A stretch of DNA of 32,000 bases from an uncultured Chloroflexia bacterium (GTDB lineage Bacteria > Chloroflexota > Ktedonobacteria > Ktedonobacterales > JADMIN01), in the NCBI GenBank assembly GCA_963718915.1, contig CAVRAI010000003.1, positions 810,001 through 842,000 on the forward strand, written 5' to 3'. The notes under the pieces are model-generated. The model was not told the DNA's origin. It searched no databases and saw nothing but the letters and a program-made list of their open reading frames with translations. The translations under genes and the position numbers were made by a program. The stretch's first letter is position 1. Each line of letters opens with the position of its first letter. This document shows, one piece after another, positions 27,212 through 32,000 of this stretch.

Positions 27212-27568
27212 ATGAAGAGAGGCCAGCTCGTTGCCCTGATCGCAGGCGCAACGTTGGGCATTGCGGCAGTGACCATCGGGATCGTCCTGGCGCGTGAGGA
27301 CGCCCGCGAGGCGGCTCGTCGCTTCCTGAACGAGAACCAGATTGGCCAGAAGAGCCAGCAGGCCGCGCAGGCAGTCGCCAGTACCGCACGCAAGGTTGGC
27401 AACCAGGTTGCCCAGACCGCGCAGGAGCAGTATCCGCGCGCCAAGAACGCTGTCACGAATGCGATTTCGCAGGCGCCGCAGGCCGTCAGCTCCGCGCTGC
27501 CGAAGGGCCTGTTCAATGGCAGGTCCGCCACGGCCACCGAGGGCGAGCTTCCTGAGGCCAGCATCTAA
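27212..27568 (+). CDS. YtxH-like small membrane-anchored protein
   Basis: MKRGQLVALIAGATLGIAAVTIGIVLA is an N-terminal TM segment, followed by a Gln/Ala-rich helical region. AGGAGAGG lies upstream of ATG 27212. A strong terminator follows. Confidence 0.55.
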   Translation: MKRGQLVALIAGATLGIAAVTIGIVLAREDAREAARRFLNENQIGQKSQQAAQAVASTARKVGNQVAQTAQEQYPRAKNAVTNAISQAPQAVSSALPKGLFNGRSATATEGELPEASI

Positions 27569-27592
27569 GCTGTCTCTGATGAGCGACGCAGA

Positions 27593-27637
27593 GAACGGGT
27601 GAGGATTCCTCGCCCGTTCATTGTTTTCCCCTGTTTT
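27593..27637 (+). terminator. Rho-independent terminator
   Basis: GAACGGGTGAGG (27593-27604), loop ATT, CCTCGCCCGTTC (27608-27619). The 12-bp stem has one G-U pair and is followed by ATTGTTTTCCCCTGTTTT. Confidence 0.8.
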
Positions 27638-27681
27638 ACCCGGCCACTCTTTCCATCATTTTCATCTCCCCATAAGCCGCT

Positions 27682-27711
27682 TTGACGCCTCTCGCGGTTC
27701 AAACGTACAAT
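27682..27711 (+). promoter_or_regulatory. Putative promoter of selD-rnc
   Basis: TTGACG (27682-27687), 18 nt, TACAAT (27706-27711), about 50 nt upstream of ATG 27760. Confidence 0.5.
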
Positions 27712-27759
27712 CAAACCACATCAACCCGTTGGATACCTACAAGCAAAGCAGGAGATCGC

Positions 27760-28839
27760 ATGGCGCCCGGCAGAAAAATACGCCTAACGACGCTGGCAAG
27801 CTGCGCTGGTTGAGCTGCCAAGATGGGCCCGGAGGCCCTGGCGCACGTGTTGCGCCCGCTCGCCGCGACATTCGGCGCGGAGGCCGCCAGCGACTTGCTC
27901 GTGGGGCTGGGCCACGCCGATGATGCCGCCGTCTATCGCCTGAACGACGATCAGGCTATCGTTGCCACGACGGACTTCTTCCCGCCGGTGGTGGACGACC
28001 CCTATGCCTTCGGCGCCATCGCCGCCGCCAACGCCCTCAGCGACATCTACGCCATGGGCGGTGACCCGCTCTTCTGCCTGAACCTCGTCGGCTTCCCCGA
28101 TGACCTTGACGCCGAGATCCTGACCGAGATTCTGCGCGGCGGCGCGGAGAAGGTGCGCGAGGCGGGGGCGCTGATCGCCGGTGGGCATTCCGTCACCGAT
28201 CACGAGCCGAAGTATGGCCTCGCCGCGATTGGCCTGGTACATCCCGCGCGCATTTTCACGAAAGGTGGCGCGCATGCGGGCGATAGCCTGGTGCTGACGA
28301 AGCCCATCGGCACAGGGGTCATCACGACCGCCGCCAAAGCCGAGCAGGCGGATGAGGCGGATCTGGCAGGCGCCATCGCCAGCATGATGCGATTGAATGG
28401 CCCGGCTATGCGCGCGCTACGGACGCTCGGAAATAGCCTGCACGCCTGTACCGACATCACTGGGTATGGGCTGCTTGGGCATAGCTGGGAGATGGCGGAG
28501 CAGAGCGGCGTCGCCTTCCACATCTTCGCCGGAGCCGTTCCGCTGCTGGCGGGCGCGCGCGGATACGCCGCCGGAGGTTTTGTGCCCGGCGGCACAGGCC
28601 GCAATCGAGCCGCAATCGAGCCATATACCCACTGGGTTGGCGAGGTGGACGAGGTGGCACGCACCCTGCTCTATGACCCACAGACATCGGGCGGCCTCTT
28701 TGCCGCCGTCGCGCCGGAGGCGGTGGATGGACTGCTGGCGGCGCTGGCCGAGGCGGGTATCATGGGAGCCGTCGTCGGCAGGGTCGAGGCGGCTGGCGAG
28801 GAAGGCGCGGGAATTGTGGTGGAGGCAGGCAATGGCTAA
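27760..28839 (+). CDS. selD: selenide, water dikinase (selenophosphate synthetase), selenocysteine-containing form (UGA 27811-27813 decoded as Sec)
   Basis: The frame-1 reading from ATG 27760 (AGGAG 27750-27754) gives MAPGRKIRLTTLASCAG-U-AAKMGPEAL…, continuous with the track ORF at 27823. It matches the E. coli SelD N-terminus [21 protein letters not shown], with the UGA at the Cys17 position and the Lys conserved. The rest is colinear (DDAAVY, TTDFF, SDIYAMGG, AGGHS, TDITGYGLLGH, DPQTSGGL). Confidence 0.9.
27811..27843 (+). promoter_or_regulatory. Sec codon plus SECIS-like hairpin
   Basis: UGA at 27811-27813. Lower stem 27816-27820 pairs with 27839-27843 (including one G-U); 5' internal loop AGAU; upper stem GGGCC (27825-27829) pairs with GGCCC (27834-27838); apical loop CGGA. 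The upper stem starts 11 nt after the UGA, the spacing expected of bacterial SECIS elements. Confidence 0.65.
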
Positions 28840-29596
28840 AGATCGCAGACAGACTGAGGCGATAGAGCCGCCCGCGCCGAATGATCCGCTTGCCCCGCTG
28901 GAGGCGACACTCGGCTATCACTTCAACCAGCGGTCGCTGCTGGTGGACGCGCTGACGCATCGCTCCTATCTCAACGAGGAGGGACGCAATGGCGTGATCT
29001 CCAACGAGCGGCTGGAGTTCCTCGGTGACGCCGTGCTGGCGCTGGTGAGCGCGGAAATGGTCTATCGCGAGCGTCCGACCGAGCCAGAGGGGCGGCTCAC
29101 CCAGTTGCGCGTGGCGCTGGTGCGGACGACGACGCTGGCGGACTTCGCCCGCGATCTGCGCCTGGGCGCCTACCTGCGGCTGGGCCGGAGCGAGGCGGGA
29201 CTGGGCGGGCGCGACCGTGAATCGGTGATAGCCGCCGCCTTCGAGGCGGTGTTGGGAGCGATCTATCTGGATGGCGGGCTGGCGGCGGCGGAACGGTTCC
29301 TCGATCCCCAGTTGCACGCGGCGCTGGCGCGGGCCACGGCGCAGCAGAGCATCAAAGACGCCAAATCGCGCTTGCAGGAAATGGCGCAGGGGCAGCTGGG
29401 CGTGACACCGCGCTACCAGCTGGTGAGCACCGAGGGGCCGTCGCACGACCGCCGCTTCGTGGTCGAGGTGCTGGTGGGGGCATATGTGGCGGCGCGGGGC
29501 GATGGGCGGAGCAAACAGCAGGCCGAACAGGCGGCTGCGGCTCGCGCGCTGGAAGACCCAGGCTGGCTGGAGGCGAGCGAGGAAACCGGCGGATAG
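28832..29596 (+). CDS. rnc: ribonuclease III
   Basis: MAKDRRQ… from ATG 28832. RNase III signature NERLEFLGDAVL; second acidic cluster AAFEAVLGAIYLDGG; C-terminal dsRBD (DAKSRLQEMAQ…GPSHDRRFVVEV…GRSKQQAEQAAA). It overlaps the selD stop (28837-28839) by 8 nt. The track ORF start at 28397 is an artefactual extension. Confidence 0.92.
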   Translation: MAKDRRQTEAIEPPAPNDPLAPLEATLGYHFNQRSLLVDALTHRSYLNEEGRNGVISNERLEFLGDAVLALVSAEMVYRERPTEPEGRLTQLRVALVRTTTLADFARDLRLGAYLRLGRSEAGLGGRDRESVIAAAFEAVLGAIYLDGGLAAAERFLDPQLHAALARATAQQSIKDAKSRLQEMAQGQLGVTPRYQLVSTEGPSHDRRFVVEVLVGAYVAARGDGRSKQQAEQAAAARALEDPGWLEASEETGG

Positions 29597-29622
29597 TGCG
29601 AGGGTAAGGCAGACGCTGGCGC

Positions 29623-30126
29623 TCACTTCGCGGGCGCGAAGGGTTCGGCAAAGTAGGTCCAGGCGAGTGTCACCCCTACGATCACCAGCAGCGTGACGCC
29701 GACGCCGGCGACGGTCAGCGGTGTCGTACCCATCGCGCTGAAGACATTGGGCACAAGCGCGACGATGATGACAAGGATATAGAGCGCCAGTCCCAGACCA
29801 GAGGCGAGGGAGATCACCCGAATGGTCCAGGGGTTGCGCCACTGGCTCTTGAGGGCGTCCCGCAGGAAGAGGATGGCGGTCACTCCGCCGATCACGGCGG
29901 CGATGATGAACGAGACCTGCCAGAGCAGGCGGCTATTGGTGGCCAGCAACGCCAGCAGGCTCATGCTGCCCGGCAGGAGAAAGTAGAGGGTGATGTTGGT
30001 GGCCATGCGTCGGCGCAGGCGGTCATGGATCCACTCACTATATTTGGTCTGTAGCACCAGCCACCAGAGGCCGAGCAGGGTAAACGAAAGTTGCGCAACC
30101 GTCTGATAAAACACCTCGGGTACCAT
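29623..30126 (-). CDS. hypothetical integral membrane protein
   Basis: 167 aa with about 5 hydrophobic helices. No recognisable motif. Convergent with rnc, with a 26-nt gap. Confidence 0.55.
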   Translation of the reverse strand: MVPEVFYQTVAQLSFTLLGLWWLVLQTKYSEWIHDRLRRRMATNITLYFLLPGSMSLLALLATNSRLLWQVSFIIAAVIGGVTAILFLRDALKSQWRNPWTIRVISLASGLGLALYILVIIVALVPNVFSAMGTTPLTVAGVGVTLLVIVGVTLAWTYFAEPFAPAK

Positions 30127-30270
30127 CGCTCACACTCGCTTCCGCTGCCCACCTGGGCGATATCACAGCGATACAATACAGACAGCCACCGTTCCGTTGC
30201 CTGAGCACCATGATACACCGCGTGTGAAGGGCGGCAGCCAGCCCGGCATTCAAAGGGAACGCGCCCGCGC

Positions 30271-30300
30271 TTGACGGGCGCCGCCGCGATACGATACACT
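30271..30300 (+). promoter_or_regulatory. Putative tRNA promoter
   Basis: TTGACG (30271-30276), 18 nt, TACACT (30295-30300). It uses the same -10 hexamer as the ArsR promoter candidate and lies about 60 nt upstream of the tRNA. Confidence 0.45.
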
Positions 30301-30361
30301 ACGGGAGGTCGCCACGTTGCCATGCGTATTGAGGTGGCATGGTGGTGGCTCGCGCCTCCTC

Positions 30362-30436
30362 GCCAGCGTAGCTCAGTGGCAGAGCAGCTGTTTCGTAAAC
30401 AGCAGGTCAAGGGTTCAAATCCCTTCGCTGGCTCCA
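30362..30436 (+). tRNA. tRNA-Thr (anticodon CGU), CCA encoded
   Basis: Hand-folded cloverleaf: acceptor GCCAGCG/CGCTGGC; D arm GCTC-AGTGGCA-GAGC; anticodon stem GCTGT/ACAGC with loop TT-CGT-AA; variable loop AGGTC; T arm AAGGG-TTCAAAT-CCCTT; discriminator T plus CCA. Confidence 0.9.
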
Positions 30437-30440
30437 TAAG

Positions 30441-30471
30441 AATCCGGAATTACTCCGGGTTCTTTCGTTTT
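30441..30471 (+). terminator. Rho-independent terminator after the tRNA
   Basis: AATCCGGA / TCCGGGTT stem with loop ATTAC, followed by CTTTCGTTTT. Confidence 0.65.
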
Positions 30472-30593
30472 CCAGGCGCGCGTTCGGTTCATCAACTGAA
30501 ATTGACATCAATTTCATCCCCAGATCACTATTGCTGATCTTCCACATCATCGCTCGCGCTGGGCGGACGAAGGTAGCGGTTCTGTCTGCCTGT

Positions 30594-32000
30594 CTATGGA
30601 TGCGGCGGGTAGGCCGGGTTGATGACCTGGAAGCTTTCCAGCGGAGCAATTGCCGACAGGCGCCCATCAGCGGTAGCAAAGACCACTTCGTGTCGCGTTT
30701 CTACGAAACGCACAGTTGCCTGCGTCAGGGAGCCGAGGCTGTCAGTTGGCGTATCGGTTGGCGTATCGGTTGGCGTATCGGTTGGCGTATCAGTCGGCGT
30801 ATCGGTTGGTGTGTCAGTTGGTGTGTCAGTCGGTACATCTGTCGCCGTTGGTGACGGCTCTGGAGTGTCTGTTGGGTACGGTGTCGGTGTTGGCGTGCCG
30901 GGGCCGACTGTAACCGTTGGGGGCCGAGGGGTCGGCGTGAGCGTGGGCAGCGGGGGCCGGGGCGTGGGCGTGGGTGTGCCAGGGCCGGTGGTCACAGTCG
31001 GCGTCAGCGCATAACTGGTTGCTGTGGCCACCATCGCCTGGTACTTCGGGTCAAACGGGGACGTGGCCGTGGAAGTTCGCTTGTTGGTGTTCGCGCCACC
31101 TTCTGCTCCATTTCTGCGGTCCAGACTCAGCGCGCAGAATACCGAGATGATGAGCAGTACCGTCGCCAGTGCGATATGCAGCCCCGGCCGGGGGACGCGC
31201 CGCCGACGGCCCGCGTCGGAGTCATCAGCGTCCTCCGGCAAAAGTGGGGTGTCTTCGCCATTGCCTGCATTGCCTGTATTGCCCCCGTTTCCGCTCATAT
31301 GATCTCGGCCACCAACGGGTCCGCCACTCGCGCGAACGGGTCCGCCGCTTGCCCGGCTGAGCCGAACCATTTCGCCAGCCTGGAGCAGGGTAGCGCGCAT
31401 GTCGGTGGCATTGGCATAGCGTTGCATCGGATCGCGCGCCAGCGCGCGCAGAACGTCGGCGTCGAGCTCGGGTGAGATGGCTGGATTGAGTCTGGAAGGC
31501 GGAACAATAGGCTCCGTCAGTATCTGAGCGACGACAGCGGCGGGCGTGGCCGCGCTATGCGGCGGCTGGCCAGTGAGCAGCTCATAGAGCACCGCGCCCA
31601 ATGCGTAGATGTCGGCGCGCTGATCAACATACTCACCCGTAAACTGTTCAGGCGCCATGTAGTGTGGCGTGGCAATTACGAGCCTCGTACCCGCGAGCGT
31701 CGGCGCCTGACCGGTGTTTTCAAATGCAACCTGGCGAACGATGCCAAAGCCTGTCAGCAACGCCTGGTCGTCGTTCAGCAGGATGTTGTCAGGTTTGACA
31801 TTGCGGTGGATGAGGCCTAGCCCATGGATCGCGGTGAGAGCTGAAGCGACCTGTGCGACCATGTCAAGCGCCGCGGAGATGGCAACATGCCCCTGACGTA
31901 GCAGCACATCACGGAGAGAAGCGCGGAACAGCGGCATCACCAGATAGAAGTAGGGTCCTTGCTCACCGAAAAACACGATTGGCGCGATATTTGGGTGGGC
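30594..32000 (-). CDS. membrane-anchored Hanks-kinase homolog, predicted pseudokinase (N-terminus outside the window)
   Basis: The frame stays open to the window edge (…AHPNIAPIVFFGEQGPYFYLVMP). The catalytic loop reads HRNVKPDN where HRD is expected, and the Mg-binding motif reads TGFG where DFG is expected; APE is retained (YMAPEQ). One TM segment (LHIALATVLLIISVFCALSL), then a Pro/Thr-rich extracytoplasmic region with a (PTDT)n array and a C-terminal segment of about 50 aa. Confidence 0.85.
   Translation of the reverse strand, partial: AHPNIAPIVFFGEQGPYFYLVMPLFRASLRDVLLRQGHVAISAALDMVAQVASALTAIHGLGLIHRNVKPDNILLNDDQALLTGFGIVRQVAFENTGQAPTLAGTRLVIATPHYMAPEQFTGEYVDQRADIYALGAVLYELLTGQPPHSAATPAAVVAQILTEPIVPPSRLNPAISPELDADVLRALARDPMQRYANATDMRATLLQAGEMVRLSRASGGPVRASGGPVGGRDHMSGNGGNTGNAGNGEDTPLLPEDADDSDAGRRRRVPRPGLHIALATVLLIISVFCALSLDRRNGAEGGANTNKRTSTATSPFDPKYQAMVATATSYALTPTVTTGPGTPTPTPRPPLPTLTPTPRPPTVTVGPGTPTPTPYPTDTPEPSPTATDVPTDTPTDTPTDTPTDTPTDTPTDTPTDTPTDSLGSLTQATVRFVETRHEVVFATADGRLSAIAPLESFQVINPAYPPHP
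30745..30840. repeat. 12-bp tandem repeat array (about 8 units, GTTGGCGTATCG and variants) encoding (PTDT)n on the minus strand
   Basis: Units at 30745, 30757 and 30769 are identical. Units at 30781, 30793, 30805, 30817 and 30829 carry 1-4 substitutions. The array is in-frame inside the pseudokinase CDS. Confidence 0.9.

Noticed and set aside
27036-27389. Minus-strand ORF whose C-terminal tail (…SRDYFANLRPGYVERRRILSARITTRYRRAV…) looks vaguely protein-like.
   Set aside because: It overlaps the YtxH-like gene and its RBS in antisense. It has no clear start or RBS for the plausible part and no motif I can name. The evidence is insufficient.
28397-28831. 145-codon N-terminal extension of the rnc ORF as given in the track (399 aa).
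   Set aside because: The extension overlaps selD out of frame and has no RNase III similarity. The RNase III homology begins right after ATG 28832 (MAKDRRQ…LGYHF).
30437-30593. An integrated element at the tRNA-Thr 3' end.
   Set aside because: There is no integrase gene and no direct repeat of the tRNA 3' half downstream within the window. The tRNA is followed by an ordinary terminator and then the 3' end of the pseudokinase gene.
30745-30840. A possible CRISPR array or non-coding satellite, suggested by the regular 12-bp periodicity.
   Set aside because: The repeats are contiguous with no spacers, much shorter than CRISPR repeats, and lie in-frame inside a CDS, encoding PTDT units.

Overview
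High-GC, gene-dense bacterial chromosomal window. Hand spot counts give 42/60 G+C at 12961-13020 and 32/60 at 14541-14600. I can support about 30 protein-coding genes and one tRNA; I found no rRNA, CRISPR array or intact mobile element. Taxonomy cannot be assigned from the sequence alone.

Gene content, left to right:
- Tail of a secreted protein, a small hypothetical gene coupled to an S9 peptidase.
- A convergent beta-glucuronidase (uidA) plus GPH-type transporter cassette.
- Two FAD/NAD(P) oxidoreductases, divergent from an ArsR-DUF2087 regulator.
- A GT9-like glycosyltransferase interrupted by an in-frame TAG.
- A PLDc_N small membrane protein with an ABC-2 exporter.
- A lower-GC, decayed accessory patch (about 13.7-18.9 kb): a split hypothetical gene, a 34-codon HAD remnant, a Phd/VapC toxin-antitoxin pair whose toxin is frameshifted, an AadA-like nucleotidyltransferase, an orphan frameshifted phage portal gene, and an HExxH hypothetical protein.
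- A CheY-like regulator, an M20 peptidase, a NarL-type two-component pair, a divergent CAX-type cation antiporter and a Hanks kinase.
- A YtxH-like protein, selD overlapping rnc, a membrane protein and tRNA-Thr(CGU).
- A membrane-anchored predicted pseudokinase running off the right edge.

Most noteworthy observations:
1. selD is a selenoprotein. An in-frame UGA at 27811-27813 with a SECIS-like hairpin was missed by the ORF track.
2. Three independent one-extra-nucleotide frame disruptions and one in-frame stop cluster in 10.8-16.8 kb. This is either real gene decay or systematic insertion errors.
3. A kinase homolog has HRN and GFG in place of HRD and DFG, and carries a (PTDT)n linker encoded by 12-bp tandem repeats.
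4. An 11-bp purine-rich tandem repeat lies immediately upstream of the active kinase.
5. A 249-bp segment bounded by AT-rich 17-bp inverted repeats sits in an unusually long intergenic region.

I did not find a clearly novel multi-gene system. The orphan portal plus HExxH gene pair is the least explained locus.
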